Source: Octopus bimaculoides (lineage: Eukaryota). Taken from it: DNA of 36,233 nt. How positions within the stretch are numbered: the first letter of the stretch is position 1; the number at the start of each line of letters is the position of its first letter. Below are positions 11,393 to 23,020 of this stretch, in pieces. The position numbers and the translations under genes were made by a program. The stretch is from NCBI RefSeq assembly GCF_001194135.2, contig NC_068984.1:92115819-92152051 (forward strand), in the 5' to 3' direction. A model generated the notes under the pieces. The model was given only the letters and a program-made list of their open reading frames with translations. It had not been told where the DNA came from and ran no database searches.

Positions 11393-11647
11393 TAATAACA
11401 ATAAATGGAGCAAAACGCATATAAATAAAAGTTCCTTTAATTCCTACATATGTTTCAAAATATAGGTGCACCCTACACCAAAGAAGTAAGAACTGCTGGA
11501 ATTGCACATATATTCATCGTCAGAGAACCAACATATAGAAGCAAGACAAATGCGAAATGATAAGGTTACTTACGAATTATAATATTATAATATTATATGG
11601 CCAAGTGACCGTTAGAAGTAAGAACGCTGGTTTACATAGAGTTATAA
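11386..11647 (-). repeat. Left arm of a ~260-bp inverted repeat (PLE pseudo-LTR-like)
   Basis: Reverse complement of 12242-12500 with a few substitutions and indels. Confidence 0.9.
11439..11529 (-). ncRNA. Type-I hammerhead motif in the left arm
   Basis: GGTTCT|CTGACGA|TGAATATATGTGCA...TGCACCTATATTTT|GAAAC ATAT GTA|GGAATT. Confidence 0.65.
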
Positions 11648-12241
11648 ATAGTTTAAGGTTTTAGGTATTATTATTATTATTATTATTATTTTATTATTAT
11701 TATTGTCCTTTTTTTTACCAAATGTCCTCTGAATAATTTCTTTTAATATAATCTTATATAATATCTATTTCTGCATCCATCGCCACTTCTCTTTTATTTT
11801 CCCCTTCTATAGTTGGTTAAATAAATCCTCGCAGTAATGCTACATTAGTTGTGTTTGTACCATTCGTAACTTTAACTAAATATACCCAATCTTCTCCTTG
11901 TAAGCATGTATATTGTTATTATTATTTCTCAACAAAATATCTTGTACCTTGTTCTACCATGTATTTGCGTTAACATCCGTATATTAATATATTACAAGGC
12001 AATGATGTTTTATTTATTTTTTATATTTACCTTCTTCGCTTTAAATTAGTATGTCATTATTTTTTCCTTAAGGAGAAATCTTTATATATGATGAACTCTC
12101 TTGATTCTCTCCCTTCTTCCACATTTGGATTAGCTTATAGTTTACGGCTTCAGTTTAAATTTACTGTGATCCATTCTGCCCCTCCCCCTATTTTAATCAT
12201 TTAATTTAAACCTTTAATATAGCGTTTACAGCCCCCTCCTG

Positions 12242-12500
12242 TTATAATTCTATGTAAACCAGCGTTCTTACTTCTAACGGTCACTTGGCCATATAATATT
12301 ATAATATTATAACTCGTAAGTAACCTTATCATTTCGCATTTGTTTTGCTTATATATGTTGGTTCTCTGACGATGAATATATGTGCAATTCCAGCAGCTCT
12401 TACTGCTTTGAAGTAGAGTGCACATATATTTTGAAACATATGTAGGAATTAAAGGAACTTTTATTTATATGCGTTTTGCTCCATTTATTGTTATTCATAT
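12242..12500 (+). repeat. Right arm of the ~260-bp inverted repeat
   Basis: Reverse complement of 11386-11647. Confidence 0.9.
12360..12450 (+). ncRNA. Type-I hammerhead motif in the right arm
   Basis: CTGACGA at 12366-12372; stem II AATATATGTGCA/TGCACATATATT; GAAAC at 12433-12437; palindromic ACATATGT; GUA at 12442-12444; stem I GGTTCT/GGAATT with wobble pairs. Confidence 0.7.
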
Positions 12501-13044
12501 CTACTCCAAATGCATCGCTTTAACTTGGTATCTCTATCTATAAAACGGGTGTGATATCCTGTTTTTTTGTGTGATTTTTGCTACCCATGGTAACTGTTAA
12601 CATATTTACATTGTCAAGGTTTTTTTTAACTGAGATAATATCAANNNNNNNNNNNNNNNNNNNNNNNNNNNNNNNNNNNNNNNNNNNNNNNNNNNNNNNN
12701 NNNNNNNNNNNNNNNNNNNNNNNNNNNNNNNNNNNNNNNNNNNNNNNNNNNNNNNNNNNNNNNNNNNNNNNNNNNNNNNNNNNNNNNNNNNNNNNNNNNN
12801 NNNNNNNNNNNNNNNNNNNNNNNNNNNNNNNNNNNNNNNNNNNNNNNNNNNNNNNNNNNNNNNNNNNNNNNNNNNNNNNNNNNNNNNNNNNNNNNNNNNN
12901 NNNNNNNNNNNNNNNNNNNNNNNNNNNNNNNNNNNNNNNNNNNNNNNNNNNNNNNNNNNNNNNNNNNNNNNNNNNNNNNNNNNNNNNNNNNNNNNNNNNN
13001 NNNNNNNNNNNNNNNNNNNNNNNNNTATATATATATACATATAT

Positions 13045-13204
13045 AATGGAGGCGAATATGTGGTATTCATCAACTTGCAGACATTGTATTATGTCAATTT
13101 ACCTGTTTATTTTTCAACTAAGTGGACACTAAAAACAATGTACAAACGCATATGACATATTATGTCATATCAGTAATTAAGAATTAAAAAGGACATCTAG
13201 CGAC
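13045..13204. repeat. Left arm of a ~160-bp inverted repeat
   Basis: Reverse complement of 13477-13633. Confidence 0.9.
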
Positions 13205-13220
13205 CGAAGAAGGGACAATG

Positions 13221-13350
13221 TCTTACAGCTGTTTCAGCCTAGTGGTGATATGCCTCATTCTATCTATATAATTCCAGTAGGCTGGAGTAATTGATAGATG
13301 AAATGGAGGAAATAGAGGAACATGTATGGTTCTCTAGGCCTCTTCAGAGA
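13221..13350 (-). ncRNA. Type-I hammerhead motif with a long loop II
   Basis: TCT|CTGAAGA|GGCCTAG...(91 nt)...CTAGGCT|GAAAC AGCT GTA|AGA. Confidence 0.75.
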
Positions 13351-13476
13351 TTAACAAAGTTCATGAAGTTAATTTACAATATCCAAATATAACATAAAAA
13401 TACATATAAAAAATCATAAAAGCTCACATATATATGCATATGCACGCATACTTTAACATATATGGATATACATAAT

Positions 13477-13633
13477 GTCACTAGATGTCCTTTTTAATTC
13501 TTAATTACTGATATGACATATGTCATATGTGTTTGTATATTGTTTTTAATGCCCTCTTAGTTGAAAAATAAACAGGTAAATTGACATAATACAATGTCTG
13601 CAAGTTGATGAATACCACATATTCCCCTCCATT
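13477..13633. repeat. Right arm of the ~160-bp inverted repeat
   Basis: Reverse complement of 13045-13204. Confidence 0.9.
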
Positions 13634-14289
13634 TTCTTATTGCTATATATATATATATGTATACATATATATATATATATATANNNNNNNNNNNNNNNNN
13701 NNNNNNNNNNNNNNNNNNNNNNNNNNNNNNNNNNNNNNNNNNNNNNNNNNNNNNNNNNNNNNNNNNNNNNNNNNNNNNNNNNNNNNNNNNNNNNNNNNNN
13801 NNNNNNNNNNNNNNNNNNNNNNNNNNNNNNNNNNNNNNNNNNNNNNNNNNNNNNNNNNNNNNNNNNNNNNNNNNNNNNNNNNNNNNNNNNNNNNNNNNNN
13901 NNNNNNNNNNNNNNNNNNNNNNNNNNNNNNNNNNNNNNNNNNNNNNNNNNNNNNNNNNNNNNNNNNNNNNNNNNNNNNNNNNNNNNNNNNNNNNNNNNNN
14001 NNNNNNNNNNNNNNNNNNNNNNNNNNNNNNNNNNNNNNNNNNNNNNNNNNNNNNNNNNNNNNNNNNNNNNNNNNNNNNNNNNNNNNNNNNNNNNNNNNNN
14101 NNNNNNNNNNNNNNNNNNNNNNNNNNNNNNNNNNNNNNNNNNNNNNNNNNNNNNNNNNNNNNNNNNNNNNNNNNNNNNNNNTGTGTGTATGTATGTATGT
14201 ATATAAATGATGTGATAATCATTACTACATCATTATGCAATTATATATGTGAGTTCGTTAGAATAGTCGTTATTCTCTGGACAAAGTCC

Positions 14290-14465
14290 TGAACGGCATT
14301 TAACCTGGCTTTACGTTTTGAGTTAGAATTACGCCGAGATCGATTTTGTATTTCATCTTTCGGGACCAACAATATAAAGTACCACTGGAGTAGTGGGTCT
14401 ATGTAATTGACTAACTACATCCACCAAATTTCATGCCTCGTACCGATTGTAGAAAGAAATATTAC
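14290..14465 (+). mobile_element. Old degenerate SINE of a second family (Meta-domain-like centre)
   Basis: gccgagatcgattttgtatttcatctttcgggaccaacaatataaagtacc resembles, from recall, the ggtcgactttgcctttcatccttcggggtcgataaa.taagtacc SINE core. Confidence 0.5.
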
Positions 14466-16537
14466 ATGCAAGCATAGATACATGAAGTGCCATAAGCTCA
14501 CTAAAATCTGTTCTTTGGAATCAAGCATAAAATTATTTCCTGTGGAAACTTGAAAGTTGAGTAAATTATAATTTATACCTATATTGAGTTTAACATTTTA
14601 AAATGGTTAAATTTCCATTTTGCAAGTCAAACAAAACAAAGCTGTCCCAATCTCTGGTTTGGATTGACCAGTCAAGAGGAAGGGTGGATCAAAGAAAGAA
14701 AAGTAAAAATAAAAGCATAGAAGAGAGGAAAGATTTTTGTTTTTAGACAATATATTAAATTATAGTCTTGTCAATAGTTTCCATCTGAAAGGGAATTTGT
14801 TGTCTTTCTCTATGCCATTTTGTGGTAGCCAGTCATAAATTAGCGCTATAGGGGTTAGATGATATTTACCAAAGGATCCAGTGGTCACACGTACACACGT
14901 ACCTTCACGAGCAGACTCAGACATATTTCATTAACACTTAGTGGTATGTCCTACTATCAACAAAGAAAGAATTGAATAACCCTTAGCAAACACAGACCAA
15001 ACTGAAATTAATTATGCCTATATGAAAAGAGATGAAAAACAATTCCCTTCCTTTCCACACCCATTCCAGTTGGCAGTCAAATATTTAAAGCACATAGGCT
15101 GTTCCGTTATAAATAAATAGTTTTAGTTATCTTGGTATATTAGCGGACACTTTCATAAAGATACCAAAATTTGAAAGTCCATACTCCTCAGGAAAATTCA
15201 TTCCAAACAGATGATATACGTACTCAAAATATATTGTTATGAAGGTCCGTTTAGAAATCCTCGCAAAATGGGTTTCGGATGGTAACATTAGCAATTATAA
15301 ATTCTCTAACGAATATTTTGTTTCGTATTTCTTGAAGGTTTTTCCGAACCTATGGTGATATCACGTGAGTTCAGAATGTCTATTCATCGGGCTTTCTTTG
15401 GGTAAGATACACAATACTTCTTGTGAATAAAGATTACATAGAATTTCAATCGTATGGATATGCAGTCCTTACTACAGACCAGGAAATACTGTATCGGATC
15501 TTCCTCTCTGTCAAATACCAGAGAAAGTCAGCCAAATAAGTACTGTCTTTTGTTTTTCTATCTTGAAATGACAAGACGTTGTTACGTCATCGATTTTTGA
15601 AATAGTCGTTACACAAATATATCGTTATTCGCTTCCTTCGGTCAGTGCTGACAGAGCATTTTGATCCAATGTTTTTTACGGAGGCAGTCGTTATCTTGAA
15701 GTTAAATCTTTTAATATTTTTAATAGTCCTGTTGCTATACGTGCTATTAAATCTTTTCTTAGAATTATTCAAGTTGTTGTTACTCTAGTTATTGTTGTTG
15801 TTCTTGTTGCTATTATCATTATTATGGTTAATATTATTACTACCCATTTGTGGAAAATAGTTATTTGGATACTACTTTTATCATTATTACAGTCATTATC
15901 ATAACCATTGCGGTACTATGTCTACCATCACTATGTTTCACTCGGGTTACAGTCAGTATCTTTATTTTTTTCGTCTATCAGAGTATTACTAGTGTCTAGG
16001 TCATTAATATTTCTCAGTCCATCCACAATCGGTTGTTCTTTCTCTATATTAACACTACCACTAAAATTATTACACTTGTTATTTATCTAGTTAGGTTTCC
16101 TATTATTCAGATGGAAAGTAGAGTATTCAAAATTGTAAGACTTTGTTGTAACATAATTTTCTTTTATGTCTTAAAAATCCGATGATATTTACTTGATTTG
16201 GGGAAAAGTCTTTCCAACGCATTGGAAAACGTCTGAGCGATTTTATTCGAAACAGGAAGTTCAAATGCCGGATTATACTACAAGATTTACTTCTTGGCCG
16301 ATGTATTCTTATAGAGATTACTGCTCACTATAACATCCATACTTAGGTGTTGTAGAATTTCTTTTGACTTTAAAATTCATTTTACTCTTCCTCGAAATTT
16401 CCTCTATACTCGAAGTTTCCACCGAACGTGACCGTGTAGGATTGTTATTTATATCACTCTTTCCTTATTCGCATAAATTTTACTAGTCCTTTTTTCGCTT
16501 AGTCTGGATCTGTAAATTACAGTACTCATATATATAT

Positions 16538-16590
16538 ATTTTATTCATTTCAGCCCAAAGGATGTGGCCATGTTGGGAGTACCTCCAGTA
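16538..16590 (-). mobile_element. SINE tail fragment
   Basis: Reverse complement ggaggtactcccaacatggccacatcctttgggctgaaatgaataaaa resembles the SINE 3' tail. Confidence 0.5.
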
Positions 16591-16594
16591 TCAG

Positions 16595-18330
16595 CACCTT
16601 TTGACTGGCCATTCTCATATGACTGGCTTTTGGAGAAGCAGGAAGTTTGATATTGCTGACTGCTTTTGAGTTTCTTTCCATGATGTAGGTTTATCTAGGA
16701 TCTTGGACAGCAGAAGATCAAGGTGAATAGAGTCGCATCGGGAGAATCTTTGACTCCATGTGCTACTTGTGTATCGTCGTCATAGCTAGTAAGAAAAGCT
16801 GCCTATCAAACTGATTGTGTGTCTGAGCACCATAAACAGCAGCAGCCCTAAAACAGTTTCACAAGGCATCCCGGTCGCTGTAGAGCAGGATCCACTGGCT
16901 GCCACAGCCTGGTTTATATCTTTTAAGAAGTCATGCAACCACTCTTCCAGTTTTCCGACTGTACCAAGTCTCCGTAGCTTGTGACATATTATCCTGTAAT
17001 TGACCTTATCAAAAGTTTTAGCAACTCAAGACATATCACATCCATGGTTGTACGATTCCTATTTTATGTCAACACCCAGTCATAATGCTGCAGAGGCTGT
17101 GTAAGGCAGCTTCTTCGGTGCAGAAGCCATGCTAGGTGCCAGGAGAGGAGCCATTATCTTCTAAGAATATTATCAGTTCCCTCCTGCAAACTACGAGTAG
17201 ATCCATGACTTTGCTGACACGTTAGATTAGAAAGATAGGCCTATAATTTTCAACGTCAACTCCTCTATGAATATAACATATTATGCCCTTCTTTAACTTT
17301 TTGGGAAGTCTGCCACTTGCAAGGAAACCTTGGAAGAGGTTTTGCTAGGGCCCCTTTTACATTTTTTAGGGAGTTTACTGGGAATCCGTCATGGCCAGTG
17401 GGTGAGTTTAAGCACATTTCTTCAAGGCCGATATTACACCAGTTTCTTTTCTCTCGATGTAAGCAATAATTGCTATCACTGCATGTAAAGCTATATCATC
17501 GAAACGCTCATCATTTGAAAGTTTCCCAAATGAGATTTAAAAGCATATTGTACTGTACATTCAGTATTTCACTTATCCTTTAGGGGTTCACAGTCAGTGA
17601 GCCATTTTCTTCAAGCAGTGGCCCTTTCTTGTACTGTACTAAAGTTGACAATTTCGCAAATGTATAGAAGGCTTTAGTGTTTATCTTTACATTTTTTCAT
17701 AATCCTAGCTACTTTTTTCTGCTCTCATCATGGGAGCAGCGTTTGTTTGACATAGGCTTATTCACTATCTTTTAGTGACCATATTAGACAGTTTGGGACC
17801 TTTGCTTGTCGTCTCATAAGATTTTTTTCTATTCCCAGGAATTATGTCTTCCTATCTGGTATTTTTTTCTCTGGAGTAAATGTATCGCATATGCCTTGCA
17901 TGGTTCATATAAAGAGTTGCAGCTTCATATCAATATCCTAGGACTTCTTCCTGATACCTTTCAAATTAGCTTCATGAAGGTTCAGAGTGAAAAGGAGTTG
18001 GGTGCTTCTAGTAAACTGCTTGTCTGCAGTTTAACTCGGACCAGACCTTGTTAGTTCTACTGAGTCGCTGTTCGAGAAAGCTGCTGATGTCACCCTAACA
18101 TTACAGATGAGCACCGTGTTATTTGTGAAACAGAGATCTAGGACATTATTGCCACCTGTTGGGTGAGCACTACTTGCTCCATGAAGAGTATATATGTAAA
18201 GTCAAGCAGACATTCTGCCGACTTCTGCATCATGCACTGATATGCATATAACAGCAGCAAGCGGGAAAAATCATTACTGTGTCGGACGAAGTCCTTAGGA
18301 TTACGATCGTTTCGTCCCCTTCATATAATG
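16595..18330 (-). mobile_element. Decayed APE-type LINE (CR1/L2/Jockey group)
   Basis: Minus-strand motifs in order: IVIL(G)DF, PTGGNNVLDLCFTNN (endonuclease), ENYRPIFL, AKTFDKVNYRIICHKL, GMPCETVLGLLLF, (Y)DDT. Many stops and frameshifts. Confidence 0.8.
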
Positions 18331-18910
18331 ATAGCCTCAGTGTATAATAGATTAGGTTTACATGCCTGCATTAATATGCATGCAGCACATTATACAATAC
18401 AATCACATATTCGCAAATCAAGGCAGAAGAAAGCCATCTCATTACACCACTAGAACATCATAGTTTCACCAAAGATTCAACCCGAAGTATACCAAACCTT
18501 TTCTTTCTATATACAATGTATAGAAGACCGAGACTAGAAAAAAATTACCCTAGTATGGTTGTTAAAAATAAAGATATGTTATTTCATATCAATTAAATTG
18601 CTAAATGTGAGTTCAGGGAATTGATCATCCTTAATGTTGACAAAAATCAGAAAGGGACAAGAGGAAGTCGTTATTGAAAATATAAAAAAAAAACATTAAA
18701 AAGTATATAAAAGGACATTAAAATATAATGTGAATTAATTAAATAGGGGACAGACACCTGGAGATATAAAGAATAAACCAAGAAATAGCATGAATAGTAA
18801 TTTTGAGGTAGGGTTTAAAGATACAGTTCTATATTTAAGAGATGAGGAATTATGTACATTATTTACATTCGACAGATATTTGTCCTCATCTTGTTTGTTG
18901 TTAACACAAC

Positions 18911-18943
18911 ATTTCGGCTGATATACCTTCCAGCCGTCTTCAG
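18911..18943 (-). ncRNA. Partial hammerhead-like core
   Basis: CTGAAGA C GGCTG gaaggtatat CAGCC GAAAT. Stems I and III are not resolved. Confidence 0.45.
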
Positions 18944-19016
18944 GAGTCTTGGGGAAATTTCGAACCTGGGTTCTCATTCCTAAGGTATTTTTCAATGTTA
19001 TTATTATTATTATTGT

Positions 19017-19092
19017 TCAGGTCACTGCTTGGAATTGAACTCGGAGTCTTGGAGTTAGTAGCCCGCGCTCTTAACCACTACGTCATATGCCC
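19017..19092 (-). promoter_or_regulatory. tRNA-derived Pol III A/B-box-like module (not a functional tRNA)
   Basis: GGGCATATGACGTAGTGGTTAAGAGCGCGGGCTACTAACTCCAAGACTCCGAGTTCAATTCC. A-box-like TGACGTAGTGG, B-box-like GAGTTCAATTCC, anticodon-loop-like CTACTAA; acceptor and T stems pair poorly. Confidence 0.7.
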
Positions 19093-19163
19093 GTGAGCAA
19101 TTATGGAGTGAATTTTAGAGCTTATAAATCTATTATTTTTCTATCCTTCCTTAATACCGGTTC

Positions 19164-19706
19164 TCATATGCTGCTCATATCTGCACTCGATCTGCTTAGG
19201 AGGTTGTTGTGTCCTAGCATATGTGCTGCTTCTTTTAGTTTTCGTATTTTCCAGTGGTGTTCTATGTCTATTATTTTAACTTCATCCCACAGGAGGAGAT
19301 GGTCTCTATTTTTCCATACATGATCAATTCTACCCAATTTATCAATATCTCCTCGTGTCACAGCTTTACGATGTTCGTCTACCCGTATTTTGAGGGGGCG
19401 ACATGTTTCGCCTTTGTATAACCTACCACAGTAGCATGGGATGGAGTACACGCAGTCTTTGGTCATATTCTCTTCTATTGGTGGGTTAACTCGGAGATAT
19501 TTGTGAAGTGTTGTATTACTCTTGAATACTGTACTGATGTTATATGGGCCGCATATCTTTTGTATCTTTTCGGAGAGGCCTTTCACATAGGGTAGATAGA
19601 CTGTGGACAATTTATTGGCCTCATCCTCTCTCTTCTTCATAATTGGAGTGAATAGTATACTTTTGGGGTAGTTGTTGCTTAATAGATCATTATTCAGCTT
19701 GATCAT
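19164..19706 (-). pseudogene. PLE GIY-YIG endonuclease fragment
   Basis: VYLPYVKGLSEKI, CVYSIPCYCGRLYKGETCRPLKIRVDEH, RKLKEA. Confidence 0.9.
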
Positions 19707-19897
19707 TTCTTCGTGGTGTGTATTACGATCGCTACTTATATTCTTTGCACGATGTTTTAGGCACTGAGAAATCCCTCTCTTTACACTGTATGGATGTTAG
19801 GAATTGAAGTTGAGGTATCGTAAAGTAAAGGTCGGCTTGCGGTATGCGGATGTCCTGAATCCATACTTGGTACGTGTTATTAATACGTCCTGGAATG

Positions 19898-20719
19898 TTA
19901 CTGATTATCTGTTTCCTTTTCCATTGTGAACTGTATGGATGGCTTTATTGAGTTCACATGATCTAACAGCACTTGAACATCTTCTTGGTGGGACCAGAGT
20001 ATAAAGGTGTTATCAACATATCGTAGCCATAATGTTGGTATTAGTGGTGTTGATCCTAAAGCCAAATTCTCAAAGTATTCCATGTATATATTGGCTATTA
20101 CCGGTGATAATGGCGAACCCATAGTTAAACCCTCCTCCTGTCTACATATGTCAGTGTCCATACTGAAGTAGGTAGTTTCTACATAGAAGGTCAACATTTC
20201 CATCAAGTTTCTTATTGGTGTACTAGTGCGTTCTTTTAGATGGAGTTCTGTCACTAATTTTCCTTGTATCACCGATAGTGCTTCACCAGTTGGTACTTTG
20301 GTGAATAGGCTTATCACATCTAGACTCATCATCTGATTGGATTCAATGGGAGTATACTTGATCAATTCTGTGAAGTGGGTGGAATTCTTCACGTATGATG
20401 TTGACTTTCCTGCTAATGGACTGATTGTCTCCACAAGGAAGCGGCTCAGTGGATGATATGCTGAACCTCTACAGCTCACTATAGGTCTTAGTGGAATACC
20501 ATCCTTGTGAATCTTAGGGAGACCGTACATGTGTGGTAGTTTACTGTGGTATTGAGTCAGTTGTCTGTACTTCATTAGTGTAAAGTGATCCTTGTTCTTG
20601 ATCAAGATCTGTGACAACTTCCTCTCTGTTTTCAGAGTTGGGTCTTTCTTTTCTTTGCTGTAACTACCATCACTTATAAGACTTGCCAACTTTTCAGAGT
20701 AGTCAGAATTGTTCATCAC
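19898..20719 (-). pseudogene. PLE reverse transcriptase fragment
   Basis: MYGLPKIHKDGIPLRPIVS, SLDVISLFTKVP, GLTMGSPLSPVIANIYME. The catalytic YVDD reads YVDN. Ends in a stop/frameshift. Confidence 0.92.
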
Positions 20720-22215
20720 TACTGTAGCATTTCCCTTGTCCGCTGGAAGTATTATGATGGAATTGTCACTCTGTAGTCTTTCCTTCCTTAGTGATGTTTG
20801 TTTTATGAAGTTTTGCTTTTTCTAGTATCTCTCTCACTTTGCACCTTAGCTCATCTCCCAGAGCTTTTGGTATCTTTACGGCTATCTCTTCAATAGGGCT
20901 ATTATGTCCAAGTATGGAATACGCTTGGTGGTTGTCGCAAAGTTGAGACCTTTGTTCAGTACTGCTTCTTCAGGGCTTTCTAGGTGTCGTCTGCTTACAT
21001 TAATTACTGGTTAAAAGGTCCAAAGCTTATGAACTTTAATTTCAATCACATTTTTTAATCGCACCTCAATATACTTTCTGTACTGTACTGTAGTACAGTA
21101 CAAACACTGCTAGCATCTACATAGAAATACATGCACAAAAGCATTAACATACTAAAAATACACAACCACACAAGAGTATACCCTAAGTATTCATTTACAC
21201 AACTACTCACACATGAGTATACTCTAAATATCCATTAATAGAAATGCAGACCATATGTAGACAAACATTCACACACACATAAACATGTATATGTAAATAT
21301 ACACACATGTATAAATACATACACACATACACATACACATGTAGATATAGTAAATCCTGTGCAAAACATGCAAGGACATTCAGCAGCACATCCTAATACA
21401 CACAAATATGAATATATTGTTACACGCATGCAGCCTCCCGAAACCACCTACAACACAACAGTCTGTGTCCGATAGCTCAGAAGACCGCGAAGGTGAATTC
21501 AGCGAACTAACTTGCTTAGAGCGGAAGAAGCAATAGTCAAAGAAGTCAAAAGAGTTGAAAATAACAAACAAAACCGTTGAGTATAATCAAAATACAAGAA
21601 CTCTAATTAAGAGGCCAATAACATTTATGCAATAAATAAACAGTTTTTCAAGAGTTTTTAGAGAGTTCTTTTCTTTGCCTCTGAATTGTGTAGACTTCTT
21701 TTGGTGAGTTCTTTTATTTACCAGTCTAACGATTTACTTTCTATCTTTTTTTATTTCTTTATATTTCCGACTGGACTCTGATTACTTCCGAATTCACGGT
21801 ACCATTTCGCTTTCTTTACGTTGCCAAGTTCACTATTTTCGCAGCCAGTTCAAAACCTTCCACCGTTCACATTAACCGCCGAAACCAACTTCACGCTTGA
21901 CACCAAATACTGTGAAAACTGTTCCACATGAATTTTGCCTGGCACCATCTACTACATAAAAAGCCGCTCACGTCGACTTTCATCACGTGGGCAATACTAC
22001 TCTTTACACTTCGCCCTCACCAAAGAAGCGCACCAAAATCATACCGGCTACTCTTTAAACAGTTACATGACGTCAAAGAATTATTTTTTTCGTCTTTGCT
22101 TGTAAAACCAGAGAACTGTGTTCTAATTCACTTCGTACGAATGAAAAGTTATTTGCATATAATTTTTTTGTTCGTAACAATACATACGTATACATATATA
22201 CATACACCTACACGT

Positions 22216-22318
<103 letters not shown>

Positions 22319-22431
22319 NNNNNNNNNNNNNNNNNNNNNNNNNNNNNNNNNNNNNNNNNNNNNNNNNNNNNNNNNNNNNNNNNNNNNNNNNNNNNNNNNN
22401 NNNNNNNNNNNNNNNNNNNNNNNNNNNNNAT

Positions 22432-22490
<59 letters not shown>

Positions 22491-22499
22491 CACACATGG

Positions 22500-22740
22500 A
22501 CGTCACCAACAGTAAACAACATGAAGTACGAAAACAAATGAGTTCAATATGCAAACAACGAAAGAAACAAATGGCAAACAGGATAAGTAACATAAAGAAC
22601 GAGCCTTCTTCAGTTGATGGCTGTCTATCTACTCCTCATGTTGAGCATTGAACGACAATATGAGTCTTCGAAGACAGTTTCTCCCAAAAGTACCAAAATA
22701 AAATTTGGGATTTATGGATGGTCAAAGTTGCGTACAAAAA
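22500..22740 (-). repeat. Interspersed repeat related to 1779-1990
   Basis: Shared collinear blocks; CTGAAGA on the minus strand at 22607-22613. Confidence 0.5.
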
Positions 22741-22914
22741 GAGGACAGCGGAGATATACAAGGAAACCGAGCGAAAACAAACATGGAGGGTCGTTAGACC
22801 AGAACGAGGGTAAAATAGCGAATGCTGGAGAAATATCGTTTTTGACAACAGAAAGGATATAAAAGAAAGATAGGAAACGTCCAATCCTTAGGATAGCCCT
22901 AGAGAGAGAGACAG

Positions 22915-23007
22915 ATAGAAAACAGCTGCCCTAGGACTGTAATGGGTAAGTTCTCTATAACAAATTTATATTGGTGCGTACTCTTCCTCATTCAACCTTC
23001 GCTGGAA
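22915..23007 (+). mobile_element. PLE GIY-YIG fragment (same family as 28265-29110)
   Basis: tatattggtgcgtactcttcctcattcaaccttcgctgg encodes YIGAYSSSFNLRW. Near-identical in reverse complement to 28529-28615, apart from a ~16-nt deletion. Confidence 0.75.
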
Positions 23008-23020
23008 GGTTGAATGAGGA

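Larger units (their letters stand above)
18826..21010 (-). mobile_element. 5'-truncated Penelope-like element (Penelope/Poseidon-type)
   Basis: RT followed by a GIY-YIG endonuclease and a 3' region holding a tRNA-like module and an HHR-like core. The N-terminal part includes LNKGLNFA and (P)ADKGNATV. Confidence 0.92.

Noticed and set aside
11648-12241. Coding potential in the inverted-repeat spacer
   Set aside because: Stops in the frames I read; only a vague resemblance to endonuclease C-termini.
10165-13633. CRISPR array or DNA-transposon TIR interpretation of the repeats
   Set aside because: No regularly spaced direct repeats and eukaryotic context. The arms contain or flank HHRs, which favours a PLE origin.
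15150-15195. CTGAGGA...GAAAG on the minus strand
   Set aside because: No stem I or III pairing.
15310-15395. HHR-like motif CCGATGA...GAAAC on the minus strand
   Set aside because: Core is mutated and stem I is absent; cannot be distinguished from chance.
19017-19092. Functional tRNA gene
   Set aside because: Acceptor and T stems do not pair; treated as a tRNA-derived module. The same applies to the SINE heads at 835, 3511, 23021 and 35249.
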